A DNA stretch of 64,000 nt from Acutalibacteraceae bacterium. GTDB lineage: Bacteria; Bacillota; Clostridia; Oscillospirales; Acutalibacteraceae. Positions 1-9,988 of this stretch are shown in pieces (position 1 is the first letter of the stretch; each line of letters starts with the position of its first letter). The position numbers were made by a program, and so were the translations under genes. The notes below the pieces were generated by a model. It did no database searches. It worked only from the letters and a program-made list of their open reading frames with translations, and was not told the DNA's origin. The stretch spans positions 3,293-67,292 of the forward strand of contig JAZRNB010000040.1 of NCBI GenBank assembly GCA_045647985.1. Direction: 5' to 3'.

Positions 1-1
1 A

Positions 2-424
2 ACTGCATTTGATCTTTATGAATATCTCGGTGTTGATTCTGTAACAAGCTATAACTGGGGTTGCAGCGTTAATTTTGACGGAGACTACAGAGAGCTTACA
101 AATGCCTACACTGAAAAGATTACAAAGGATTCGGAAAAGCTTAATATTCCGTTTTATCCCAATATTTCTGTGGGTTGGGACAATAATGTAAGATTTTATG
201 AATTCAGGGAAGGGGTGGTTGAAAATAACACTCCCGAAAATTTCAGAGTTGCTTGTGAAACAATAAAAGCCTTTGCTGATAAGTCAATAAAAAAGGGTAT
301 TATGAAAGCTCCGCTCATTACTGTAAACAGCTGGAATGAATGGACAGAAACAAGCTATCTGCAGCCTGATGACCTTTACGGCTACGGTTATCTTGAGGCA
401 ATAAAAAAAGTTTTTCAGGATTAA
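2..424 (+). CDS. WbsX-like / GH99-like domain protein, C-terminal fragment (5' end lies outside the window)
   Basis: Frame 2 is open from the window edge to the TAA at 422-424. The motifs YPNISVGWDNNVRF and NSWNEWTETSYLQPD resemble the C-terminal part of the WbsX/GH99-like family. The family call is from memory. Confidence 0.5.
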   Translation, partial: TAFDLYEYLGVDSVTSYNWGCSVNFDGDYRELTNAYTEKITKDSEKLNIPFYPNISVGWDNNVRFYEFREGVVENNTPENFRVACETIKAFADKSIKKGIMKAPLITVNSWNEWTETSYLQPDDLYGYGYLEAIKKVFQD

Positions 425-556
425 TCATATACAACAGGGACTGTTTCATATCCGGAGGCAGTCCTTGTTTACATTATTACGGAAAAAATAATAATTGTTG
501 ACATAATTTTTAAAAAGCATTATGATTGAATTAACATAAATTATATTTTTCTGAGG

Positions 557-1969
557 GTGATGAATTTGAAAAAATTTCTGAAGACAGTTATTGGTACAAT
601 AGCAGGTGCTTTCGGACTTATTATGTGGATTGCCGTTTTATTGTGCCTTGTAACTTTCGGTTGGTCTTGTGTGCAGATGTCAAAAGGTACGGTTACGGAT
701 ACTCTGCCTGTTACACCTGAGGATTTTGTCCCTGAGGTCAGAATTATTACCTTTACCGATACTCATAATGAAAATGAAAATGTCATTGATGCGGTATATA
801 CTGCCTATGAGCTTTTTGATTATGATGAGGTATATCCGGGTGTTGATGCCTTCTTCGGCTTAGGTGATTTCACCTCTGTAGGTGGTGAGCAGGATTTTGA
901 AGCATATAAGGCTGCTCTGGATGAGTGCGTGAGGGAAGAGACGGTTATTATCAATGTTCTCGGAAATCACGAAATGAAGAACCCTATGGCAGAAGAGTAT
1001 TTTGTTAATTATTTTGAGCACGAATTAAACACTGTAACAGATGTAAAAGGCTTTACCTGTATTGCTTTTTCGGGCTCCCGCTGGCTTACTGAGTGGACAG
1101 TTTCTGCAGATGATCTTATATGGCTCAATGATGAAATAGAAAAGGCTGAAGAAAAAGCAGGAGATAAGCCGATTTTTGTTTTTCAACACCCCCATCCCTT
1201 CGGTACTGTTTACGGAAGTACAATATGGTGCAATCCTCAGCTGAATCCTGTTTTTGCAGGTCACAACAAGGTTATTAACTTCTCCGGACACTCACACTTC
1301 CCCATGAATGATCCCAGAAGCATTAATCAGACAACATACACCTCTGTAGGTGTTGGTGCAATGGCAAGATTTGAGCTTGATAAGAATTATATGATCGGAC
1401 AGCATCCGGAAGGATACGAGGATGCTGTACAGTTTGCCGTTATTGAGGCTGACAGCAAAGGAAGAGTCAGAATAAGAGGCTTTGATGTTCTTTCAGAAAC
1501 CTATTTCTGTGATTATTTTATTGAAGATATAAATAATACCGACACGTATGCCTATACATATAAGAATCTCAAGGCTCACGACGAGGCACCTGCTTTCCCC
1601 GAGAATATTATCGTTTCTGCACTGGAGAATGATGAGGGAAATTATGAGTTGTCCTTCAGTGAAGCAGTTGCAAATGCAGGCTTTGTTGTTCATAATTACC
1701 GTATAAATATAAGCAATTCTTCCGGAGAAGAAATCTATAAGGATCAGTTTGTTAATGATTATTATATAATTGATGACGACAGTACTGCAGAGCTTATAAT
1801 ACCCGCAGGTGTTCTTGTTGACGGAGAAAAATACAGCATTAATATAACTGCCGAAAGTGCATATCATAAGAAGCAGGAATCAGGAGTAATCTCTTTTGTT
1901 GCAGGTGAAGAGCCTGAGGTTATTGAAGAGGAAGAAAATGATTACTCCGATTGGGAGAGTGAGTACTGA
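557..1969 (+). CDS. Membrane-anchored calcineurin-like metallophosphoesterase
   Basis: 470-aa ORF with an N-terminal TM helix. Metallophosphoesterase motifs are present: TDTHN, GLGDF, GNHE, FQHPHP, GHSHFP. The exact start is uncertain (GTG 557, ATG 560 or TTG 566). Confidence 0.7.
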   Translation: MMNLKKFLKTVIGTIAGAFGLIMWIAVLLCLVTFGWSCVQMSKGTVTDTLPVTPEDFVPEVRIITFTDTHNENENVIDAVYTAYELFDYDEVYPGVDAFFGLGDFTSVGGEQDFEAYKAALDECVREETVIINVLGNHEMKNPMAEEYFVNYFEHELNTVTDVKGFTCIAFSGSRWLTEWTVSADDLIWLNDEIEKAEEKAGDKPIFVFQHPHPFGTVYGSTIWCNPQLNPVFAGHNKVINFSGHSHFPMNDPRSINQTTYTSVGVGAMARFELDKNYMIGQHPEGYEDAVQFAVIEADSKGRVRIRGFDVLSETYFCDYFIEDINNTDTYAYTYKNLKAHDEAPAFPENIIVSALENDEGNYELSFSEAVANAGFVVHNYRINISNSSGEEIYKDQFVNDYYIIDDDSTAELIIPAGVLVDGEKYSINITAESAYHKKQESGVISFVAGEEPEVIEEEENDYSDWESEY

Positions 1970-2010
1970 TAAAACAGCTTGCTGCCCGATAATGCTTAAG
2001 AGGTGAGCAG

Positions 2011-3039
2011 ATGCCTTTAAAGATTTTAAGACAGGATATAACCTTGATGGAGGTTGATGCCATTGTAAATACCACTAATGAAGAGATGGTGGGGTATAGT
2101 GGTATTGATTTTGCCGTACATAAAAAAGCAGGCAAGGGGCTTGACGATGAATGCCGCAGTATTGCTCCTTTGGGGTTGGGAGAAGCAAAGCTTACAAAGG
2201 GATACAATCTTCCTGCAAGGTATGTTATTCATACTTCAGGTCCTGTATGGCAGGGAGGTCTTTGCGGAGAAAGCATTATTCTTAAATCCTGTTATCTGGA
2301 ATCTCTGAAGCTTGCAGCAGCATACAAGCTGAAGTCTGTTGCATTTCCCCTTATATCCTCAGGTGCTTACGGTTATCCTAAGGATAAGGTGCTGAGGTTT
2401 GCTGTAGATATAATATCGGAGTTTTTGTTTGATCACGAGCTTGATGTGTATCTGTGCGTTTTTGATAGGGCTTCGTATGAATTTAGTAAAACACTTTTCC
2501 GTGAAATCAGTGATTTTATTGAAAGCACGGAGGATGAGTATTCCGACTATAGTGAATTATCGGCTTCTGTTTGCAGTGTGAGAGCACCGTCTCCTGACTT
2601 TGTTGAATCCTCGTGCAGTATTTTTAAGTCCAAAAGAAACGAAGTCTGTTCGAAGGAAAGTGCCTCAGAATCTCTCCTGGATTATATGAAAAATATGGAT
2701 AAACCATTTGCATATAAGCTTTTTGAGTTTATTGATGAGCGTGGAATGACGGATGTTGAGTGCTACAAAAAGGCTAATGTTGATAAAAAGACCTTTTCAA
2801 AAATTAAATGCCATCCGGATACATATAAGCCTTCAAAGCAGACCGCTGTTGCTTTTGCAATTGCTCTGAGGCTGGATCTTGACGAAACACAGGAGCTTCT
2901 GGCAACTGCAGGGCTTACATTATCAAAGAGCTTTACTTTTGATAAAATAATACGGTACTTTATTCATAAGGGTATTTATGATATTTTTGAAATAAATGAG
3001 GCTCTTTTTGAATTTGATCAGGTGCTTCTCGGATGTTGA
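2011..3039 (+). CDS. Macro domain (ADP-ribose binding/hydrolase) protein with a C-terminal helical domain
   Basis: Macro-domain motifs lie in the first ~160 aa: DITLMEVDAIVNTTN, VIHTSGPVW, AFPLISSGAYGYP. The C-terminal ~110 aa (MTDVECYKKANVDKKTFSKIK...) is helix-rich. A GAGGTG RBS precedes the ATG. Confidence 0.75.
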   Translation: MPLKILRQDITLMEVDAIVNTTNEEMVGYSGIDFAVHKKAGKGLDDECRSIAPLGLGEAKLTKGYNLPARYVIHTSGPVWQGGLCGESIILKSCYLESLKLAAAYKLKSVAFPLISSGAYGYPKDKVLRFAVDIISEFLFDHELDVYLCVFDRASYEFSKTLFREISDFIESTEDEYSDYSELSASVCSVRAPSPDFVESSCSIFKSKRNEVCSKESASESLLDYMKNMDKPFAYKLFEFIDERGMTDVECYKKANVDKKTFSKIKCHPDTYKPSKQTAVAFAIALRLDLDETQELLATAGLTLSKSFTFDKIIRYFIHKGIYDIFEINEALFEFDQVLLGC

Positions 3040-3048
3040 TATGAAAAA

Positions 3049-3088
3049 CGGCAGCAAGAATCCGATGTTTCTTTGCTGTCGCTTTTTT
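3049..3088 (+). terminator. Rho-independent terminator after the macro-domain gene
   Basis: Imperfect stem cggcagcaagaa / ttctttgctgtcg followed by a T6 run. Confidence 0.6.
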
Positions 3089-3410
3089 ATTATATAGGAA
3101 ATTGCTCGCGTAGTGAGCAGTTTAGCTTATAACAAGAAACACCTACAGCCCTCAAGAATGGGGGTAGGGGGTTGATAAATTGTATGATTTTTTCTTGCTT
3201 TATAGAAAAATCCTTTCTGTAAGGTAAAAAAATTATATGTCCCTGAGAACACAAAGTAAGCCTACCTCGGAGACGGACTATTCAAAAACGGTCACCATAT
3301 GTGTTCAGCGAAGCCGTTTTTTTGAGCTATAGTTCTTTTTCGGAAAAACTGTTATAATATTAGTGTTAAAATACAGTGTATGAATAAATATTCACAGAAA
3401 GGTGATAAAT

Positions 3411-4802
3411 ATGAAAAAACCATTACCTAAAAGCAAAATGTACCGTTATTGTCTTGCTGATATAGCAAAGGGTTTGTTCAACGGTATGATAGGTAACTAT
3501 CTGCTTTATTTCTTTCAGCCTACTGTAAAAAGCGGGCTTCCGTTGCTGCTTCCTGAGAATAAGCTTCTCGGATTTATCACAATAATGGCACTCATTACTG
3601 CCATAGGAAAAATTGTCGATGCAGTAACTGATCCTATTGTTGCATCCTTATCCGATAAATGTAAGCACAAGGCAGGCAGAAGAATGCCGTTTTTGCGTTA
3701 TGCAGCAATTCCATATGCGCTGTCAGTGCTTCTTATTTTCTTTGCACCGTTCAAGGAAGGCTCTGTGCTTAATGCCGTATGGGTAGGCTTCTTCCTGGTT
3801 ACATACTACACATCATACACATTCTACTTTATTCCGAAGAATGCACTTGTCCCCGAGATTATTCCCGATGCAAAGGTAAGAGTCGGATATTACGGGGTAA
3901 GTACCGTATTTTTTATGGGATCAAGCTCATTTATGTACGCTGCCACCCTGTTTGTTGATATGCTTAAAAATGCAGGCTTTTCTCCTCTTTGGGCATGGAG
4001 AACAGTATTTACCGTGTTTGCTGCAATCGGACTTATCTGTGTACTTTTAAGTGCCTATGCTTTTAATGAAAAGGATTATGTTACGGAAAACACAAAACCT
4101 AAGGAATCAATGCTTAAGTCCTTTGTACTTGTTTTCAGAAATAAGAATTTTGTTATTTTCAGCCTGGGTGATTTGTTCAGCGGTGTATCAATGGCATTTT
4201 TCCAGACTGCAATGCTTTACTACATAACAATGCTTCTGAATGTACCCGAATCCCAGTCGTTTCTTGTTATGCTGTCAGCCATTGCAGTTGCAATATGCTT
4301 ATTCCCGGTAATTATAAAAATGAGCAGAAAATACAATAAAAAGCTTCCTCTTATAATTGCCAGTGTTATTTTTACCGTGGTTTTCGGACTTATATACTTC
4401 GGTGACAAAATTGCTGCACTTGCTCCCGGAAATGAGCTTTTCATAGGTCTTGCTATGGGGGTTATAGTGTCATTCCCCTTTGCTGCCATAAATATCCTGC
4501 CTCAGTCTGTTGTTTCGGATATAATTCAGTGTGACTCTCTTGTCAGCGGTGTAAACCGTGAAGGAATATTCTCTGCCGTTAAGACATTTATTGAAAAAAT
4601 CTGTTCCGCAATTGCTATGATGGGTGTTTCAAGTATTCTTGCTGTCGGTGCACTTGAAGGTGAATCTGTAGGACTTCAGGGAGTAAAGCTTACCGGTGTT
4701 TTTGCAGGAATATTCAGCCTTCTTTCTCTTGTTATATTTATTTTCTATAATGATAAAAAGGTTACCTCAACAATTGAAAAATACAGAGGTGAAAATAAGT
4801 GA
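3411..4802 (+). CDS. GPH-family (glycoside-pentoside-hexuronide) cation symporter, MFS superfamily
   Basis: About 12 predicted TM segments. The N-terminal region (DPIVASLSDK...GRRMPF) is typical of MelB/GPH. ATG 3411 follows a GAAAGGTG RBS; an upstream extended -10 (TGtTATAAT) lies at 3350-3358. Confidence 0.75.
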   Translation: MKKPLPKSKMYRYCLADIAKGLFNGMIGNYLLYFFQPTVKSGLPLLLPENKLLGFITIMALITAIGKIVDAVTDPIVASLSDKCKHKAGRRMPFLRYAAIPYALSVLLIFFAPFKEGSVLNAVWVGFFLVTYYTSYTFYFIPKNALVPEIIPDAKVRVGYYGVSTVFFMGSSSFMYAATLFVDMLKNAGFSPLWAWRTVFTVFAAIGLICVLLSAYAFNEKDYVTENTKPKESMLKSFVLVFRNKNFVIFSLGDLFSGVSMAFFQTAMLYYITMLLNVPESQSFLVMLSAIAVAICLFPVIIKMSRKYNKKLPLIIASVIFTVVFGLIYFGDKIAALAPGNELFIGLAMGVIVSFPFAAINILPQSVVSDIIQCDSLVSGVNREGIFSAVKTFIEKICSAIAMMGVSSILAVGALEGESVGLQGVKLTGVFAGIFSLLSLVIFIFYNDKKVTSTIEKYRGENK

Positions 4803-6178
4803 TAAAAAAAAGAATTTTATCTGGCGAAGAAAAACGTAAAAATGTAACGCCTGAAAAAAACAATGAGTATGCACAAAAGCTCAAGCAAATGATTGATTGT
4901 AAAACTGTATTTACAAGAGACGGTGAGAATAAGGCAGAGTATGAAAGGTTCAATTCTGTTATAGAGAAAAATTTTCCGAATCTGATAAATAAAGCCCAAA
5001 AGCTTGTTTTCGGAAGCGGCTGCTTCGTTTATGTGATAAAAGGCAGAAATGCAGATAAGAACATAATGCTTATGTCCCATCACGATGTGGTTGAAGGGGA
5101 TGATACATGGAAAACCGATCCCTTCAATGCAGTTATAAAGGATGGTGCTATGTGGGGCAGAGGTACTATTGACACCAAAACTCCGCTTTTTGCACAGCTT
5201 CAGGCTTGTGAAGAATTGATTTCCGAGGGATTCTCTTTTGACGGAATTAATCTGTATATCGGCTCCTCTGACAATGAAGAGGTATGCGGTGACGGAATGG
5301 TGCTTGCAACCGGATATTTCAAGGAAAACGGTATACACTTTGATGTTGTTCTTGATGAAGGCGGTGCAATTACTGAGGGCATGATTCCCGGTGTAAAGAA
5401 TAAGAGTGCGATGGTGGCCGTTCACGAAAAAAGCCGTCATTTGTACAGAGTGAAAACAAAAGGAATCACAAAAGGTCACGGCGGACTGAATCCTTCAGAT
5501 GACAGTGCAATTTTAAGACTTAACGGTTTTATAAATGAAGTAAGTAAGAAAAAAATATATAAGGGTGCTTTTCATCCCGAGGTTAAAGCAACCTTTGAAA
5601 CACATGCACCTTATATGCCCTTGCCCTTAAGTCTGCTATTCGGAAATCTTACGTTTTTTTCTCCTTTGGTTAAGAAAATTATGTCATTCATTCCGCAGAC
5701 AAAGGCAATGCTCTCGACAAGCATTACTTTTACAAACTTCTTTGCAGGTACAAAGGAGGATCCTCAGATTAAGGCAAAAGAGGCTGAGGCAACAATGTTT
5801 CTTCGATGTATCCGTGAGGATGATTTGCTTAAAGGTCTTGAAAAAATCAAGAGAATTGCAAAGAAATACAGCGTCGAAATAGAGGAAATTGAAAGGGACT
5901 ACTGTCAGCCATCAACCTTTGACAGTAAGCCTTATAAGCTGTTAGAGCAGATAATGAATGAAAATTTTCCTGATGTTATTGTTTCGCCGTTCCTTCTTAC
6001 TGCCGGTACTGATGCAAGAAGATTTACAGATGTTGCTGACAGTATTCTTCGTTTCGCTCCTATCGATCTTGACAAAAAGCAGTTTGCTTCAATTCACAGC
6101 GGTAATGAGCATATAAAGATAAAAAATATCGGTGAATGTGTCTGTTTCTATAAGGATTTTGTGAAAAAGTATAATTGA
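4799..6178 (+). CDS. M20-family metallopeptidase (ArgE/DapE/carboxypeptidase-like)
   Basis: M20 motifs MSHHDVVEGDDTWKTDPF, GRGTIDTK and DEGG. The GTG start overlaps the transporter stop by 4 nt. Confidence 0.75.
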   Translation: MIKKRILSGEEKRKNVTPEKNNEYAQKLKQMIDCKTVFTRDGENKAEYERFNSVIEKNFPNLINKAQKLVFGSGCFVYVIKGRNADKNIMLMSHHDVVEGDDTWKTDPFNAVIKDGAMWGRGTIDTKTPLFAQLQACEELISEGFSFDGINLYIGSSDNEEVCGDGMVLATGYFKENGIHFDVVLDEGGAITEGMIPGVKNKSAMVAVHEKSRHLYRVKTKGITKGHGGLNPSDDSAILRLNGFINEVSKKKIYKGAFHPEVKATFETHAPYMPLPLSLLFGNLTFFSPLVKKIMSFIPQTKAMLSTSITFTNFFAGTKEDPQIKAKEAEATMFLRCIREDDLLKGLEKIKRIAKKYSVEIEEIERDYCQPSTFDSKPYKLLEQIMNENFPDVIVSPFLLTAGTDARRFTDVADSILRFAPIDLDKKQFASIHSGNEHIKIKNIGECVCFYKDFVKKYN

Positions 6179-6224
6179 AAAAAGTCTCCCGGCAAGCGAC
6201 CATTCTGATTCCGGAAAAATGTAT

Positions 6225-6269
6225 AATGTGATTGTAAGGTAAGAAAACCTGCAATCACATTATTTTTTT
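6225..6269 (+). terminator. Rho-independent terminator after the M20 peptidase gene
   Basis: Stem aatgtgattg / caatcacatt followed by a T7 run. Confidence 0.6.
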
Positions 6270-6284
6270 CAGGAGGAAAACAAA

Positions 6285-6944
6285 ATGGAAAAAAAGAGAA
6301 ATAATATTACAGAGCTTGTATTTATTCTTGACAGAAGCGGTTCTATGGCAGGACTTGAGAAGGATACAATAGGAGGCTTCAATGCAATGATAGAAAAGCA
6401 GAAAAAGGAAGAGGGGATATGCTATATTTCAACTGTCCTTTTTGACGGTGAGTCAGAAGTTCTTCATGACAGAGTAAATCTTTCCGATATAAAGCCTATG
6501 ACAGATAATGACTATACCGTAAGAGGCTGCACCGCATTGCTGGATGCAATAGGGGGTGCTGTTCATCATATCGGAAATGTGCATAAATATGCCCGCCGTG
6601 AGGATGTCCCCGACAGCACAATGTTTGTAATAACCACGGACGGAATGGAAAATGCAAGTCATTATTATTCAGCAGACAAGATTAAAATGATGATTGAAAG
6701 ACAGAAGGAAAAATACGGTTGGGAATTCCTTTTCATTGGTGCAAATATTGATGCTGTAGAGACAGCGTCACGTTACGGTATATCAAAAGATCGTGCCGTT
6801 AATTATATGGCAGACAGGGAAGGAACGGAAATTCTTTATGATACAGTTTCTTCTGCAGTGGTTGATGTACGGGCAAAAAGAAAGCTTGACAAAAACTGGA
6901 GCAGCCGTATTGATGAGAATTACAGAAGAAGAAGAGAAAAATAA
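6285..6944 (+). CDS. von Willebrand factor A (vWA) domain protein
   Basis: MIDAS-type start LVFILDRSGSMAG, followed by TTDGMEN. Length is 219 aa. An AGGAGG RBS is present. Confidence 0.7.
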   Translation: MEKKRNNITELVFILDRSGSMAGLEKDTIGGFNAMIEKQKKEEGICYISTVLFDGESEVLHDRVNLSDIKPMTDNDYTVRGCTALLDAIGGAVHHIGNVHKYARREDVPDSTMFVITTDGMENASHYYSADKIKMMIERQKEKYGWEFLFIGANIDAVETASRYGISKDRAVNYMADREGTEILYDTVSSAVVDVRAKRKLDKNWSSRIDENYRRRREK

Positions 6945-7037
6945 AGAAATAGCCATTTTTGTTATCAGTTTCCGTATCTTCTTTTTTCAGATAATACCGA
7001 TAAGATAGCTCAGTGCCAAAAATTCGCATAAAAAAGC

Positions 7038-7067
7038 GCGTCTTCCCTCGGGAAGACGCTTTTCTTT
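7038..7067. terminator. Bidirectional terminator between convergent genes
   Basis: Perfect 9-bp stem gcgtcttcc / ggaagacgc with loop ctcg, flanked by an A-run and a T-run. Confidence 0.65.
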
Positions 7068-7070
7068 ATA

Positions 7071-8708
7071 TCAGATGTTTGTTACATCACAGTATTTGCC
7101 GAGTGCAAATTTAAGTGCCGGGAAAATAACCTTTCTTCCGCAGACCTTAACATTGTCAAGGGTTACCTGTACAGTGTTTGTATTACTGTCGTTACCTGCA
7201 ATCTGTGACGGGAGATATGATGTGTAAGAAATATCCTTGAATACTACATTTTTTATTTCAAAGTTCTGTGCATTCTCGTCATATATCTTTACGAGAATTG
7301 CTCTGCCCTCATCACGGAAAATCTCAATGTTTTCAAACAGTATTCCGTCAATGCTGCCCTCGCACTGTTCAGCCACAACAACGAGAGAACCGATTCTGTC
7401 GTTGTCCCATACTCCGTCTCGATAGATTACTGCACAGTCACGGAATGTTACATCGGATATCATTTTGTTGACCTCGCCTGTGATACCAAAGCACCGTGCG
7501 TAGCCGCCCCAGGCGATACAGTCTGAGAAAGTAATATGTCTGCTGTCCATATTACCGCCAAGTGCCTTTACCTCAAATGTATCATCAGCCACTCTTGCAA
7601 AGCAATCATTTACGCTTACATTATGGCTGTTACAGATTGCAAAGCCGTCACAGTTACCGCGGTTGCCTATAATATCAACCTGATCAATATTGACACCTGT
7701 GCAACAGTAAGAAATAAATGACCATTCAGGTGAATTGATAATTTTGATACCGCTTACGGTGATGTTGGAGCAATTTGTGAATACCACGCCGCGTCTTTCA
7801 CGTCTGTCAAGGCGTGTCAGATCTATTACGCCTCTGCCTGTAAGGGTAATGTTGTTGCAGTTGAAAAAATTCAGGAACGGATATCTTGTCAGTCCGACGG
7901 AATTGTGCTGACAAGCATCAGCTTCGATATATTTATTCTCATCCTCAGCGCTCTCTATATCATAAAGGTGATTTGCAATAACATATGCACCTTCTCTCAG
8001 GTAAATCACCTGATTGCTCTGTGCAACAAAATTCACATAATCGTATTCATAAACACCTTTGTCAAGGACAATGACATTTTCTTCTCCGTACTGAGCAATA
8101 TAGTTTGCTATTTCTGCATTTTCATCAATTTTTTCACGTACAAAAAGAGTGTAACCGTAATACTGGTTTGCCCCGTTGAAAAGGAAGGTATAAATACCGG
8201 GTTTGCTGATTGATGCAGTTACGGTGCCGTCCTTGCATACCGCGCCTACGCCGTGAGATGCAGGAAGCACAATTGCATTTTTAAGCTGAACTGATTTTCC
8301 TGTAATAGAAATATTAAAAGAGAACTCACTGTCAGCATCGACATAAACCTCAGAGAATGAATGAAGTGTTCCCGTATCATCAACACGGATAAATACGACA
8401 GAAGCATAAACAGGTATATCTGTATCGCTGATCTGAGCAGTATAATAAGGAGAAACGGTAATTCCGTTTATATCATCATAACCGCCGGATTGTACATATT
8501 CGGGAAGAGTAGCCGAAGCTCTGTTCACAAGCTCTTCTTCGGATAAACCTGCCTCCTCAAGGGTTATGATTGCTTCTTCGGGATAAGAAAGATAAGAGAA
8601 ATCAAAGTTTTCACTTTCGGGATAAATCTGTGCCGGACAAAGCAGATTTGACAGAAAAACAGATATAACGGTAAATACAGTAAAAAATGGTTTAACTAGT
8701 GTGTTCAT
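7071..8708 (-). CDS. Secreted right-handed beta-helix glycoside hydrolase (GH28-like)
   Basis: Signal-peptide-like N-terminus. NSPEWSF, NCDGFAI and ADDTFEVKA resemble the GH28 NTDG / DD catalytic pattern. Confidence 0.55.
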   Translation of the reverse strand: MNTLVKPFFTVFTVISVFLSNLLCPAQIYPESENFDFSYLSYPEEAIITLEEAGLSEEELVNRASATLPEYVQSGGYDDINGITVSPYYTAQISDTDIPVYASVVFIRVDDTGTLHSFSEVYVDADSEFSFNISITGKSVQLKNAIVLPASHGVGAVCKDGTVTASISKPGIYTFLFNGANQYYGYTLFVREKIDENAEIANYIAQYGEENVIVLDKGVYEYDYVNFVAQSNQVIYLREGAYVIANHLYDIESAEDENKYIEADACQHNSVGLTRYPFLNFFNCNNITLTGRGVIDLTRLDRRERRGVVFTNCSNITVSGIKIINSPEWSFISYCCTGVNIDQVDIIGNRGNCDGFAICNSHNVSVNDCFARVADDTFEVKALGGNMDSRHITFSDCIAWGGYARCFGITGEVNKMISDVTFRDCAVIYRDGVWDNDRIGSLVVVAEQCEGSIDGILFENIEIFRDEGRAILVKIYDENAQNFEIKNVVFKDISYTSYLPSQIAGNDSNTNTVQVTLDNVKVCGRKVIFPALKFALGKYCDVTNI

Positions 8709-8803
8709 ACTTAACTCCTTTTTTGATAGTATTTTTCGTGTTGATTAATTTTCCTTTTGAGATTTTACTTGGTTTTTGTGATTTATTAAAAATCTGATGT
8801 GAG

Positions 8804-9964
8804 TCATATTGACCACATACTGTCAGCAAATCGTGTGGTCCTATGAGGAAATGCTCTGAAAAATCCCTCTGTATTACCGTTTAATTCAACACCGTTTATG
8901 TAAATTGCCGTTTCTTTGGTGAGTCCTTCACCTGCAAGAAGCAGTCTTGCTGCAGCAGGGGCGGTCAGTGAAATATCATAGTCACCGTCAGACTTATAAG
9001 TAACCTCAGCTCTTCCGTGCTGATATTCTACCTCAAAAATTCCGTTATTCTGAGGTAAGTCATCAATGCTTTTTATGCGAAATCGACCGTATTGCTCTGG
9101 GTAGGTGTTGTTTTCAAGAATTGTCTTAAGGTTATATATTCTTCCGGCTGCACCGCTGCAGTGTTCATAAATGACGCCGTCAATCCCGTCGGCAATTATT
9201 GCAAAGGGCGAGCCCGGATACTGATTTTTTACAAGAATATCCTTTACAAGACCGTCATAATTTCTGAGGAAACCGATAAGTCCGTAAAGTGCCTCGGGGG
9301 TAAGTGTATATAATTCCTCCACCGTCAGTACGTCAGGTCTTTTTACGGTAAAACGGATGTAACCGTCGGCAACCCCATTTTTATCGCGGCGGAAATATGT
9401 GTAATCAGATTTCTCAAGGGGAGTGTCACAAAAGTGCTTTTTATCCTCGCGCAGTGTCATAAGGTTTTCTTTGAGGGCGCATCTGTTATGAAGAGTACAC
9501 AGCTCCTCGGTCTGCTCACCTGTATAAAGAATAACATCAGTATTACGGGGGATGTTTTTCAGCTTTTCAAAGGGTACTCTGACGGTAAGCATACGATTAA
9601 GGTTTGCGTAGCCGAATTTTTCATAGTATTCGATTGAAAAAGGATGAAGAAAGCCTGCTGCCCAATTGTTTTCTGGTGCAGCTTTTCCGATTTCATTGAA
9701 GATTTCCCTTATTCCGCCCATACGCCTGTATTCGGGCTGTGAGCAGACTCCGCTGACAACAACGGAATCCAGTATATTTCCGCAGTAATTGAACCTGAAA
9801 TCAAATATTTCGGCACCTGCAATAAGTCTTCCTTCGTGAAAAGCCCCCAGAACGGGCATATCTACATGAGTATCTTCATCTTTATTAAAATTCCAGATAA
9901 AGGAAGTAGAGGAGACTTTAAGATAATCTACTCCTTCATCATTGTTTATGTATCGTACTTCCAT
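8804..9964 (-). CDS. GNAT N-acetyltransferase with a C-terminal extension (Eis-like architecture)
   Basis: GNAT motif A region QPEYRRMGGIREIF. The 386-aa length, with a ~150-aa C-terminal domain, matches Eis-type GNAT-SCP2 proteins. The call is by architecture only. Confidence 0.5.
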   Translation of the reverse strand: MEVRYINNDEGVDYLKVSSTSFIWNFNKDEDTHVDMPVLGAFHEGRLIAGAEIFDFRFNYCGNILDSVVVSGVCSQPEYRRMGGIREIFNEIGKAAPENNWAAGFLHPFSIEYYEKFGYANLNRMLTVRVPFEKLKNIPRNTDVILYTGEQTEELCTLHNRCALKENLMTLREDKKHFCDTPLEKSDYTYFRRDKNGVADGYIRFTVKRPDVLTVEELYTLTPEALYGLIGFLRNYDGLVKDILVKNQYPGSPFAIIADGIDGVIYEHCSGAAGRIYNLKTILENNTYPEQYGRFRIKSIDDLPQNNGIFEVEYQHGRAEVTYKSDGDYDISLTAPAAARLLLAGEGLTKETAIYINGVELNGNTEGFFRAFPHRTTRFADSMWSI

Positions 9965-9988
9965 AATTTTCTCACGTCTTACGGTAAA

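Noticed and set aside
3089-3349. A 260-bp intergenic region upstream of the GPH transporter, examined for a riboswitch or small RNA.
   Set aside because: Only short generic hairpins are present. I could not match any riboswitch core I know (TPP, FMN, SAM, purine, c-di-GMP, T-box).
4817-5479. Large antisense or out-of-frame ORFs in the track. Examples: 4817-5479, 10731-11165, 11917-12324, 14248-14604, 25403-25882, 39740-40165, 54854-55261, 55843-56190.
   Set aside because: Each lies wholly inside a longer ORF that has clear family motifs. Their translations are low-complexity or Cys/Phe-rich shadow frames with no RBS.
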